Assembly (NCBI GenBank): GCA_035529595.1
Contig: DATKWK010000035.1
Location: 177,067-241,066, forward strand
Source: Candidatus Bathyarchaeia archaeon
Lineage (GTDB): Bacteria > Patescibacteriota > Microgenomatia > PFEM01 > JAFGMK01
Reading direction: 5' to 3'
Length of the DNA stretch: 64,000 nt
Shown here: in pieces, positions 40,597-49,885 of the stretch
Position numbering within the stretch: the stretch's first letter is position 1
Layout of the letters: every line of letters begins with the position of its first letter
Position numbers and translations under genes: made by a program
Notes under the pieces: model-generated
Databases searched by the model: none
The model's input: only the letters and a program-made list of their open reading frames with translations
Told to the model about the DNA's origin: nothing

Positions 40597-42157
40597 TTTT
40601 TACTTGAAACAGCAGTAAGAAATCCTGGCCGTTAGGACCGCTAGCCTTAGGATAGCGGGCAATCGGTATTAACCGTGCATCCTGTCCGACCAGAAAACGC
40701 GACTGGTTAACCAGCAAATAAACTTCGTTGTCAACCGTCGCATTAAGCAAAGAAACCGGTACTTCCCTAACCGGCTGGCCGACGCCGACGACGATTACCC
40801 GCCTGTTTTGGTCAAAATACATTTGGAAACCGTCGGGCAAGGTGCCAAAATAGCCCTCCGTGCCAACTAATATATTTCGATTCGTTTCGGCCACCCGCCG
40901 GTTTATGAAACTAACCGCCTCCTTGATTCCATAACCGGATGTCCATTCCTCAAGATAGCCGGAACGCATCTTCCGCGGTAACGGCGCTTGTGCCGGATCC
41001 ACCAGCAACCACCGGACGTAAGAAAGCGTAAAGAATAACAATAAAGTAACGATGACTCCTTGAAGCCAACCTTCTGGCAATCTCTTATTGCATCTGCCAA
41101 GATACTTTGACAAGCAGTCAATACCAACAGCTGCTAAAATAACTGCCGGCCAAACTGCAAACAGCAGATAACGCGGTGCAAATACCCGGGCAACGGCCGA
41201 CTGGGTAAAAATTGGAACGATGAAAAGACTTACCAAAAATAATATCTGGCGGCGGTCTGTTTTCATCAACCAACGCATAAAGACACCCAAAAAAATCAGT
41301 AAAATCACCGGCGGCGTGAAAAGATTCGGCAACCAGGTTATCAAATCATTTAAGTGCGGCTTTAACGGGTCCAACGGATGCCTAAACACCTCCCGGATCG
41401 GAAAAATGTAATCCTGATTACGAGTCGCAATCATGCCAAAATTCGGCCCCAAGCGCAATAGGTTATAAATTACGAAGGCAAAAAAATAAACGACCAGCCA
41501 AAAACCGCCTAGTTTAATTAATTGAAGCAAATAGGGTTTTTTTAACCTATTATTTTTGTGCAAAAATAAGGCCGATGGCAATATCAAAAAAGCGACGAAT
41601 ATCGCGGGCGATTTAGTCAGAAAGGCAGCGCCCAAAATAATACCGGTAATCATGGCTAAATCCAATCGCAAGTAATGGGCCAGGAGAACGGCTAAAAGAT
41701 AAGTCCAAACCGCCAACATACTAAGAAGGCTATCAACTAAAGCCAGCCGGTCAAAGAAAACGAAGTAAGGGATTACCGTGTATAAAAAGGCGGACAAGAA
41801 AGAAATCTTTTTGTCCCGAAAGAGAAAATAACTTAAAAGCGTAATACCGATGAAGGATCCAAAACCGGCAAGAACCGATATTAATCTGCCGACCAAAAGC
41901 GGATCCTCGGTAAGCGGCAACAGAAACATCAACAGCCACATAAAAAAAGGTTGCTTGCCATCAGAAAGAGGCAAAAAGCGCAGCGTCGGTTCCGCCCTCA
42001 TCACCTGCGCCCAGCGGACGTAGATTGCCTCATCGGCAAAAACCGGCAGCAAAGTCAAACTCATCAATCGAAGAAGAAAAAAGAGCAAAACCAAAGCTGT
42101 CCAGCCTAAGATCAATTTCCGGTCGATTTTTGAGATTTGCCTTTTAAAATTTGCCAT
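40583..42157 (-). CDS. GT-C fold glycosyltransferase (ArnT-like)
   Basis: FADEAIY, DGKQP, GRLISV, FDRLALVDS, LTKS, PRY. Likely start MANFK at 42157. Confidence 0.8.
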   Translation of the reverse strand: MANFKRQISKIDRKLILGWTALVLLFFLLRLMSLTLLPVFADEAIYVRWAQVMRAEPTLRFLPLSDGKQPFFMWLLMFLLPLTEDPLLVGRLISVLAGFGSFIGITLLSYFLFRDKKISFLSAFLYTVIPYFVFFDRLALVDSLLSMLAVWTYLLAVLLAHYLRLDLAMITGIILGAAFLTKSPAIFVAFLILPSALFLHKNNRLKKPYLLQLIKLGGFWLVVYFFAFVIYNLLRLGPNFGMIATRNQDYIFPIREVFRHPLDPLKPHLNDLITWLPNLFTPPVILLIFLGVFMRWLMKTDRRQILFLVSLFIVPIFTQSAVARVFAPRYLLFAVWPAVILAAVGIDCLSKYLGRCNKRLPEGWLQGVIVTLLLFFTLSYVRWLLVDPAQAPLPRKMRSGYLEEWTSGYGIKEAVSFINRRVAETNRNILVGTEGYFGTLPDGFQMYFDQNRRVIVVGVGQPVREVPVSLLNATVDNEVYLLVNQSRFLVGQDARLIPIARYPKASGPNGQDFLLLFQVKNESS

Positions 42158-42158
42158 T

Positions 42159-42914
42159 TCAAACGTATTTTCCGCGCCAGTCATTCAACTTAACACGGAT
42201 TACCTCAAAAAACATATTCTGGGATTCTCTCAAAAAGTTATGTTGCTTGGTTTTCGATAGGTCACGGTTTTGCCACTCAACTTGAATTTCCTTGATTTTA
42301 TAGCCTTTTTTTTGTGCCAAAAACAAAAGCTCAACATCGATTGCCGAAACCCGCCAACCTTTAACTTCTTTGATGTCTTTAAAAATCTCCAGTTTGGGAA
42401 AAATTGATTTGATGACTTCAGTCCGATAGGCCTTAAAGCCGCACTGAGTGTCGTTTATTTCCCCCAAAAGAAACACCCCCCTGATCATCCTAAAGCCAAT
42501 GGTCATCAGCTTTCGGTACCAAGCCGTTCCTTTCCTGACCAAGCCACGGGAACCAATAACTATTGGAAAACCTTTTTTAAACCAGGGAAGCAGTTTTTCC
42601 AATTCCTTAATCGGGGTAGACTGATCCATATCGGCAGTTAAGATAATTTCTCCCTGCGCCTTCTCGATTCCGCTTTTAAGAGCAAAGGCTTTTCCGCCGT
42701 GTATGTTTGCCAACAGCAAAAACTGCTGACTATTGGCGATATAATTTTTAACTATTTTTTTGCTGGCATCAGTCGAACCGTCATCAGAAATAATTACCTC
42801 CCAAGAATATTTCTGTTTGGAAAGATATCCGGCCAGTTCAGCCAATACCCCTTTTTGAAGATTGGCTTCTTCATTGTAACAAGGAATGATCACAGAAAGA
42901 AAAACTTTTTTCAC
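42159..42914 (-). CDS. GT2, dolichyl/polyprenol-phosphate glucosyltransferase-like
   Basis: PCYNEE, DDGSTD, GGKA, ADMDQSTP, IGSR, DTQCGFK, DVELL. Confidence 0.85.
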   Translation of the reverse strand: MKKVFLSVIIPCYNEEANLQKGVLAELAGYLSKQKYSWEVIISDDGSTDASKKIVKNYIANSQQFLLLANIHGGKAFALKSGIEKAQGEIILTADMDQSTPIKELEKLLPWFKKGFPIVIGSRGLVRKGTAWYRKLMTIGFRMIRGVFLLGEINDTQCGFKAYRTEVIKSIFPKLEIFKDIKEVKGWRVSAIDVELLFLAQKKGYKIKEIQVEWQNRDLSKTKQHNFLRESQNMFFEVIRVKLNDWRGKYV

Positions 42915-42920
42915 CGCTAT

Positions 42921-44390
42921 TCAAACTCCTTTTTTTCTCAGTTTTACAACTCTAAATCCAAAATCTTCGAAATACCACTCGGTAGCAACCTCCGATTCTC
43001 CGAAACTCGATATTTCCCAGGCAGTCATATCACCGAGGGGAATATTTTCCTGCTCGTAAATTACATATAATGTGTCGATACCGGAATAATTTTCAAAACC
43101 CTCGGGCCGGGCATCGTAAATTTCTACAAAATAACGATAGTTCATCGCCCGGAAGTCATAAGTAGGAGAAATCAGGGCCAAATTGAATCGGCTGCCTTTC
43201 GCGTCTTCGGCAATTACTTTACCGACTTCCCTGGCTCTTTTAATCTGATAATTAGGTCCCCGACCGGCTACCGGATCCAAGTTTAAAATGTTAACAACCA
43301 AAAGAAATGCGAGCAAAATAAAACCTATAAAAATTAGCCGCATTTGAAATATTTTTTTGATTACGATTGAAACCAGCAAAAAAGGCATCGGGAATAAAAA
43401 TCCCAGATAATGATCATGGATATCACCCAGATAAAAACTGACCCCGATTACCCCGATCAACAGCCAAAAAAATAAGGTTGTCAGTACCGGAGATTTTTTT
43501 TCTTTTTTTAATAGACCGAGAAAAGGAAGAAAACCAGCCACTATTAAAAAATAAGCGATAATCTTTTTCCCGCCGGCAAGGAAATAGTAAAAAAGACGCC
43601 AAGGGACAAAAGCGACTGTCTTAAGATAAGTGACTAAACTAAAACCTAATTTTTTTTCTTCCCGAAAAAAGCGCCATAAACCTTCAGTGATAATGAAATG
43701 ATGACGAACTTCAAAAAAAAGCAGGGGAAGAATTGGTATTAAAAAAGCCCCGGCTCCCAAAATGTACCACTTTCCGGAAATCCGCGGCCGAAGAAAAAGG
43801 ATTGTTACCAGGGATGAAATAACAAACAACCAGCTAATGTAATGAAGCTGGGTACAAACTCCCAGGCAAAAACCAACGACAATAATCCAAAACCCCCGAT
43901 CGCTCTTTAATAGTTTCAAAAGGGCATAAACCGCCAAAGCGGCAAAGAAGGGTGTCGGATTAGGATTCCAGGAAAAGCGAGAATGGCTAATAATCGGCCA
44001 GGATACTGAGTATAAAGAGGCAGCGATTAACCCGGTCGGCGAGCCGAAAAATTCGTTACCGAGCTTAAAAATCAGATAAACAGTGGCGACGCCAAAGACG
44101 GCTACCATTATTGCCGGACCAACCGGATCAAGACGGGCCAGCCAAAGAGGCAAAAGCATAAAATAATAGTAAACGGGTCCCAAATAAAGGTTGCCGATGC
44201 TGGTTGAAGGCCCGAGTAAAGTAAACTTGTGATCAACAATCATCCTCTTAACCACTAAAGCATCCCGGCCCTCGTCACCTAAGAAAGTAGCGTAATCAGC
44301 AATCCGGTAAAGCCGCAAAAAAGAAGCCAGTATCAATATCAGCCAAAGAAGAATTAAGGTGATTTTTTTTTGTTTTGTCCGACTGGTCAT
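42921..44390 (-). CDS. GT-C fold glycosyltransferase (ArnT-like)
   Basis: FLGDEGRD, LLGP, YLGPVYYY, SRFSWNPN, QLHY. Likely start 44390 (ATGA overlap). Confidence 0.8.
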   Translation of the reverse strand: MTSRTKQKKITLILLWLILILASFLRLYRIADYATFLGDEGRDALVVKRMIVDHKFTLLGPSTSIGNLYLGPVYYYFMLLPLWLARLDPVGPAIMVAVFGVATVYLIFKLGNEFFGSPTGLIAASLYSVSWPIISHSRFSWNPNPTPFFAALAVYALLKLLKSDRGFWIIVVGFCLGVCTQLHYISWLFVISSLVTILFLRPRISGKWYILGAGAFLIPILPLLFFEVRHHFIITEGLWRFFREEKKLGFSLVTYLKTVAFVPWRLFYYFLAGGKKIIAYFLIVAGFLPFLGLLKKEKKSPVLTTLFFWLLIGVIGVSFYLGDIHDHYLGFLFPMPFLLVSIVIKKIFQMRLIFIGFILLAFLLVVNILNLDPVAGRGPNYQIKRAREVGKVIAEDAKGSRFNLALISPTYDFRAMNYRYFVEIYDARPEGFENYSGIDTLYVIYEQENIPLGDMTAWEISSFGESEVATEWYFEDFGFRVVKLRKKGV

Positions 44391-45094
44391 CTTAACTGCC
44401 ACCAAAGTCTCCCTAAATCAACGAAGGATTTGAAGATAACTTTAAAATCAGCGCCTGTCGACCTTCCCCTCTTTCGCGGATAATGATGGACACCAACCTC
44501 AGCGATCTTAAATCCGGCTTTTTTAGCTTTAGCCAGCAACTCCGGAGAGATCATACCGCCTCTGACTGAGATAAGACGGGGAATAGAATCAATTACCTTT
44601 TTGTCAACCAATTTAAAACCGCAGTCAACATCTTTTACTTTTATTCCCAGAAGAAAATTAGCCAGAAACGTCCAGCCCCGGCCAAATAACTGGCGAACAA
44701 ATGAATCTTGCCGGTTGATCCGGTAACCGATTACGATATCAGCGCCTGTTTTTTTCTTGGTCTCCAAGAACTGGCTGATTTCAGAAAAGTCAAATTGCCC
44801 ATCGGCATCGGTAAAAGCAATCAGGCCGAAACGGGAACCGTAAAAACCCTCCTTTAATCCGGAACCGTAACCCTGATTTGTTTGGTGATGGATAACCCGA
44901 ATCCGCTTATTTCGGATGGCTAACTGATCGGCAACCGCACCAGTCCGATCGGTCGAACCGTCATTAATAATCAAGATCTCCCACTCTTGGGCAATCTTGG
45001 GCAATATTTCAAGAGTTTTTGCTACTACCGATTCAATGTTTCCTTCTTCGTTATAGGCCGGAAAAAAAACGGAGATTGATTTTAGCTTTTCCAT
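44387..45094 (-). CDS. GT2, polyprenol-phosphate sugar synthase-like
   Basis: PAYNEE, NDGSTD, NQGYG, TDADGQFD, DVDCGFKL, HYPR. Confidence 0.85.
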   Translation of the reverse strand: MEKLKSISVFFPAYNEEGNIESVVAKTLEILPKIAQEWEILIINDGSTDRTGAVADQLAIRNKRIRVIHHQTNQGYGSGLKEGFYGSRFGLIAFTDADGQFDFSEISQFLETKKKTGADIVIGYRINRQDSFVRQLFGRGWTFLANFLLGIKVKDVDCGFKLVDKKVIDSIPRLISVRGGMISPELLAKAKKAGFKIAEVGVHHYPRKRGRSTGADFKVIFKSFVDLGRLWWQLR

Positions 45095-45164
45095 TTAGCT
45101 TAAAAGTATAGCATAAACTTAATCCTCTATGCTATTATAAACAAAAAGTGAGCAATTACCCAAA

Positions 45165-46313
45165 ATGAGCCAAATGAAGAAAAAGCTGGCAATCATTGCT
45201 TTAATCACACTAACATCCACTTTCTCAATCTGGCTGCCTTTTATTTTATCCTTGAAGAGTTTTTTGGGTTTTCCTATCCCGTCCGGAGGAACGAGCAATC
45301 TCTGGGCCAATTATGACGGCCCGAATTATATTATTGTTGCTAAAACCTGGTATCAAAAGAAGCTAATTGAGCGAAATTTTTCCTTGCCTCTGCCGCTTGA
45401 ATATTATCCGGCCCACTGGCCCGGTTATCCCCTGCTTATCAGACTGGTGGGAAATCTGCTTCCCTTTACCCAGGCGATGATGGTTTCTACTTTAATAAGC
45501 TCGCTGCTGGCTGCAACGGTCTATTTCCTCTTTCTTTCGGAATTTAAACTATCGACTAATCCTCTCTGGTTAACGGTAGTTTTTCTCTTTTTACCGGCTC
45601 GCTTTTTCATCACCCGCTCGGTCGGTACCCCTGAACCGCTCTTTATCGGATTTATCTTAGCTTCATTTTATTTTTTTAAAAAGAAAAAATATTGGCGGGC
45701 CGGGATATTCGGCGCTTTAGCCCAAATAACCAAAACACCGGCAATTCTTCTTTTTTTTACCTATGGAATCTATTTACTGCAACAAGCATTCAAAAATAAA
45801 AACGTCAAGGAAGCGGTCCGGAAGACGCTTAAGGAAGCCTTGCCTTTACTAATGATACCGCTGGCTGTTTTATTGGTTTTTATCTTCTACCGGGTCCGGA
45901 CAGGCGACTTTTGGGCTTATTTTCACTCGGGCGATAATTTCCACCTAACTTTACTGCCTTTTCAAGCTTTCAATTCTTCGCGAAGCTGGCTGGGTGATAT
46001 CTGGACTGAGGATATGATTTGGCTGTACCTGCTGGCCGCCATCAGCGTTATTTTACTGCTAAAGAAAGGCTTAACTGATTTAGGAATTTTTGCCGCCTTA
46101 TTCTATACGGCGACTCTTTTTGTTGCCCATCGGGATATCTCCCGCTATAGCTTGCCCCTTTGGCCTATTGGCCTGATCGGTTTTGATGCATTCATTCAGA
46201 GGAAAGAATTCAAAATTGCCTTTTTGCTTATCCTGCCGGCGATTTATTTATACGCTTTAAATTTTATACTCGGGAACCGGGCGCCGATTGCCGATTGGGC
46301 TCCTTATCTTTGA
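45165..46313 (+). CDS. GT-C fold glycosyltransferase, PIG-V-like
   Basis: WANYDGPNY, WPGYPLL, PEPLF, DISRY; multi-TM. Confidence 0.7.
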   Translation: MSQMKKKLAIIALITLTSTFSIWLPFILSLKSFLGFPIPSGGTSNLWANYDGPNYIIVAKTWYQKKLIERNFSLPLPLEYYPAHWPGYPLLIRLVGNLLPFTQAMMVSTLISSLLAATVYFLFLSEFKLSTNPLWLTVVFLFLPARFFITRSVGTPEPLFIGFILASFYFFKKKKYWRAGIFGALAQITKTPAILLFFTYGIYLLQQAFKNKNVKEAVRKTLKEALPLLMIPLAVLLVFIFYRVRTGDFWAYFHSGDNFHLTLLPFQAFNSSRSWLGDIWTEDMIWLYLLAAISVILLLKKGLTDLGIFAALFYTATLFVAHRDISRYSLPLWPIGLIGFDAFIQRKEFKIAFLLILPAIYLYALNFILGNRAPIADWAPYL

Positions 46314-47032
46314 TGAAAAAAGCTTATCAAAAACCGGATTTTTCCATTATCGTCCCGACCTACAACGAAGAAAAATATATTTTCCAGTGTCTTGAGGCGA
46401 TCAAAAATCAGAATTTTACCGGCTCTTGGGAAACTATCATCATTGACAGCTTTTCAACAGATAAAACTGTTGCCATTGCCAAACAGTTTAATACCAAACT
46501 GTTTCAGGCTAAACGAGAAGGTCCGGGATTGGCTAAAAGAACCGGTTGTCTGAAAGCACAGGCCGATCTGATTGCCCTGACCGATGCCGACATTTGCCTG
46601 CCCCGGAATTGGCTGCAAAAAGCTTATCAGAACTTACAAAATCCGCTGGTCTCGGCTACCGGCGGACCTTACCTTTACCGAGAGATGTCAAAACCGCTGG
46701 CTTTCATAAACAAAACCATTCATCTATGGCTTTTAAAGTCTTTCCAAGCGCTGCCCGGCGGCAGTATTGCCTTCCGCCGTCAGGATTATTTTAATGTCGG
46801 CGGAATTCCGACCGGGGTTACTTTTGGCGAAGACGTCTATATCTCGCGTAAGCTGTCTAAGATCGGTAAAATTCTGGTTGACCCTAAGTTGACAGTTATC
46901 GAATCGGGCAGAAGGATTGGCATCAGCGGTTTAATCAGCGGTAAGTACTCCTACCTGATCCACGCCTGGAAATTTTTGAGAACCGGAGACTTTGAAGTAC
47001 TTAAAAAAACCAGAATGAAGAAAATTGATTAG
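46313..47032 (+). CDS. Glycosyltransferase family 2
   Basis: PTYNEE, DSFSTD, TDAD, GED, SGRR. Likely start MKKAY (TGATG overlap). Confidence 0.82.
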   Translation: MKKAYQKPDFSIIVPTYNEEKYIFQCLEAIKNQNFTGSWETIIIDSFSTDKTVAIAKQFNTKLFQAKREGPGLAKRTGCLKAQADLIALTDADICLPRNWLQKAYQNLQNPLVSATGGPYLYREMSKPLAFINKTIHLWLLKSFQALPGGSIAFRRQDYFNVGGIPTGVTFGEDVYISRKLSKIGKILVDPKLTVIESGRRIGISGLISGKYSYLIHAWKFLRTGDFEVLKKTRMKKID

Positions 47033-48150
47033 GACACCCGCCAAATGACGCGGGTATACATCAGGTAGTTATAGGGAAGGACAAAAAAACCGATGGCGGC
47101 CACTAAGTAAAATTGTCTCCACTGCTCGCCAAAAAAATATGCCAAACCGCCGACAACCGCCCCCTGAATCAGCACTGCGCCGAGAGAAGTAAAATTGAAC
47201 TGCAGAAATTTAGCCACGAGTTTCCCCGGACCGGAAATTTTTTCTTTGGAAAACGTCCACAGATTATTAAGCGTGAAATTGGAAATGATCGCCAATTCCG
47301 CCCCGAAAGCGGCGGCGATTCCGGGACTTAATCCCAAGCGGTAAAATAATTCCAAGCCGGAAGCATTAACCAAATAGCCGATAAAACCGACGACGCCAAA
47401 CTTGACGAACCGCTGGGAACGCTCGATTCTGATTTTGGTGGCCTGCTTAATATATTCTAAGATATCTTTGATAAATTGCAGATTAAAGCCTACCTTGGCC
47501 TGACCAGCCCGCCGGTCTTTATAGATTGCCGGAATTTCACAAAATTTAGCGCCGGCCTTGCTAAGTTCATAAATCATCGTCATCTGAATCACAAAACCTT
47601 TAACATTGAGCTTTTTTAAATCAACTTGGTCAAGGATCTTTTTCACTCTGATGGCTTTCATATTGCCGTTATGATCTTTTACTTCATGGATACCGGCCCA
47701 ATAATAAGCCAACAAAGTATTGGAAACCCAGTGGGTTAGTTTTCGGAAAGGGGAAAAATTGTCGCGGCCGCCGGGGACATGGCGCGAAGGAACAGCCACA
47801 TCATAGCCTTTTTCAATTTTTGCCAGTAAATCGGGAATATAATCCGGATCCCATTGAAAATCAGCGTCATTAGGAATCACTACATCAGCTTTTAATGCCT
47901 TCATGGCGTACTGATAACCTTGAATCAGAGAGACACCCAGGCCGCGCGGCGCTTCCAGACAGAAAAGATCTTTTCTGTCTTTTGCCAGGTTTTTAACAAT
48001 CGCTGCCGTTCCGTCGGGTGAATGGCTATCAACCACCAGAGTGGAAAAATCGTACTGAGGCAGCTTTTTGGCAATTTTATCCAAAACCTCAATCATCAGT
48101 CCGACGTTATCTTTTTCGTTGTAAGTCGCCAGCAGATTAACAACTCTCAT
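47029..48150 (-). CDS. DPM1-like GT2 fused to a GtrA-type flippase domain
   Basis: TYNE, DSHSPDGT, NDADFQ; C-terminal FVKFGVVG...SNFTLNNLWTF (GtrA pattern). Confidence 0.85.
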   Translation of the reverse strand: MRVVNLLATYNEKDNVGLMIEVLDKIAKKLPQYDFSTLVVDSHSPDGTAAIVKNLAKDRKDLFCLEAPRGLGVSLIQGYQYAMKALKADVVIPNDADFQWDPDYIPDLLAKIEKGYDVAVPSRHVPGGRDNFSPFRKLTHWVSNTLLAYYWAGIHEVKDHNGNMKAIRVKKILDQVDLKKLNVKGFVIQMTMIYELSKAGAKFCEIPAIYKDRRAGQAKVGFNLQFIKDILEYIKQATKIRIERSQRFVKFGVVGFIGYLVNASGLELFYRLGLSPGIAAAFGAELAIISNFTLNNLWTFSKEKISGPGKLVAKFLQFNFTSLGAVLIQGAVVGGLAYFFGEQWRQFYLVAAIGFFVLPYNYLMYTRVIWRVS

Positions 48151-48195
48151 CTGTTTTTTCCGTTTTCTGTATTTCTCCTCTTAAGAATTTTTTCG

Positions 48196-48516
48196 TCAAA
48201 GCAGATATAGACCTGAACTTATCTGTAAAACTTCATCCGGAGAGAAGCTGCCAAACTCTTCGCCTAATTCGTCATAAGAATGATTATAATTCGCTATCGC
48301 ACCCTTTCGATTTACTAAAACCCGCTCTTCGTGATCATCTCTATCCTGTTTCCAGGCTAAGGCTCGGGCGGCAGAATACCACATCAATGAAAACATCATA
48401 TCTCTTCTTCGTACCGGATCCGGATTTCCTGTCTCCGAATCAATTAGTCTCCTTTTTAACTCTTCAATCTTAGCCTCAACCAACCGTTGTCGTTCTTGTT
48501 CTTGTTCTTCACTCAT
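48196..48516 (-). CDS. Hypothetical protein
   Basis: 106-aa ORF with AGAGAGGAAAG upstream of the ATG and TATAAT at 48533-48538. Confidence 0.55.
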   Translation of the reverse strand: MSEEQEQERQRLVEAKIEELKRRLIDSETGNPDPVRRRDMMFSLMWYSAARALAWKQDRDDHEERVLVNRKGAIANYNHSYDELGEEFGSFSPDEVLQISSGLYLL

Positions 48517-48586
48517 CTTTCCTCTCTTTAATATTATAACTATAAATTTACCCGATGTCTGAATTAATGTCCAGTCCCGATATTCC

Positions 48587-49102
48587 TTATACTAACCCTG
48601 ATAGTTTTCTTACTCGCTTAATACAAAATTTAAGCCAGTAAGTATACTGATCGGGGTTTCTTCGGATATTTTCCTCCAAGTTCTTAAGACCGACCCACTG
48701 CCAGCCTTCCGCTTCATCAGGATCAGGAAGGGGATCACCATCATAATGGCCGATAAAAACGTGATCGTACTCATGCTCTGCCAGGCCATTATCAAAATCA
48801 ACCCGATAGCAGAATTGGAATACTTCCTTCAAAGGGCAGTCAAAACCCATTTCCTCTTTTAAACGCCGATGGGCCGCTTTGGGGGTAGTTTCTCCGGGCT
48901 GCGGATGGCTGCAGCAGGTATTGCTCCAGAGACCAGCGGAATGGTACTTGCTTTTGGCTCTTTTCTGAAGCATTAATTCTCCCCGATCATTAAAAATAAA
49001 AATTGAGAAAGCCCGGTGTAGTTTCCCCTGCCGATGGGCTTGAAGTTTTTCCTGATGACCGATTTCCCGATCATCTTTATCAACCAGAATTACCTTAGCC
49101 AT
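48587..49102 (-). CDS. idi: Isopentenyl-diphosphate delta-isomerase, type 1 (Nudix fold)
   Basis: KLQAH, LHRAFSIF, WSNTCCSHP, RRLKEEMG, EHEYDHVF. Likely start MAKV at 49102. Confidence 0.92.
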   Translation of the reverse strand: MAKVILVDKDDREIGHQEKLQAHRQGKLHRAFSIFIFNDRGELMLQKRAKSKYHSAGLWSNTCCSHPQPGETTPKAAHRRLKEEMGFDCPLKEVFQFCYRVDFDNGLAEHEYDHVFIGHYDGDPLPDPDEAEGWQWVGLKNLEENIRRNPDQYTYWLKFCIKRVRKLSGLV

Positions 49103-49106
49103 AGTG

Positions 49107-49511
49107 TTACTTTTCAACAGAAACACACTTATCAGAAACACATTTCGGCTTGGGAGCAAAAAAACACATATCAATCAATCCTGTGCATTTTGAATCATAT
49201 TTTTCCATTTTATTATAAAAATATTGTTTATCAACTGTCTTGTTAATGAAATGGTAACATCCGAACTCAATATATTTTCCACCTAAGAATATTTCTTTAC
49301 AATCAGAATCGACTTGGCAGTAATTGGCCTTATTCAATTCATTCTCTATCTGATAATATTGAATCATACAGGCAGGAGACCAAAATAATAACAAAGCTAG
49401 TAAATCAATTACCACACTAATGACAATTACTCCAATCACAGTAATCAATAGGAGTCTTAATAAATATGTTATTGGTGAAATCTTAGGTGTTCTATTTATG
49501 ACTTTCACCAT
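49107..49511 (-). CDS. Membrane-anchored Cys-rich hypothetical protein
   Basis: N-terminal TM, then YCQVDSDC...FGC...C...C...PKCVSDKCV. Confidence 0.6.
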   Translation of the reverse strand: MVKVINRTPKISPITYLLRLLLITVIGVIVISVVIDLLALLLFWSPACMIQYYQIENELNKANYCQVDSDCKEIFLGGKYIEFGCYHFINKTVDKQYFYNKMEKYDSKCTGLIDMCFFAPKPKCVSDKCVSVEK

Positions 49512-49683
49512 ATTTTATGTTCTTTTATTATTTCCTATAGAACTAGTATTTATTGAATTATTAGCCGTCGACCCAGAATAAATTGACTTATTACCAATTA
49601 ATTTCTAAAATTGGCTCAATTCAAGTTTCAAGGCCATTTTATCATGTTGGTTGAGAAATTACGAAGCCTTAAAAACAACCTAA

Positions 49684-49832
49684 ATCTATCACGAGTTTCG
49701 CAGTTTCCTGTCATTCTGGAGCGTCAGCGATAGAATCTCCTTTTTTACTTTGAGATCCTATCGGGTCGAAGGCTCAACCCTCCAGGATGATAAATAGACT
49801 GGTTTATATTAAAGTGCGAAACTCGTATCTAT
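49684..49832. mobile_element. MITE-like palindromic element
   Basis: Perfect 12-bp terminal IR ACGAGTTTCGCA (49691-49702) / TGCGAAACTCGT (49815-49826), nested REP-like stems, ATCTAT on both flanks. Confidence 0.55.
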
Positions 49833-49885
49833 ATCTAAATAGCGATAGACTATTCAGCTAGAATTAAAGAACATTAGATCAGCTT

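Noticed and set aside
1-48150. Poly-A/T runs of 7-9 nt in GT genes as phase-variation switches
   Set aside because: Common in this AT-rich, Phe/Lys-rich coding sequence; no frameshifted gene was seen at such a run.
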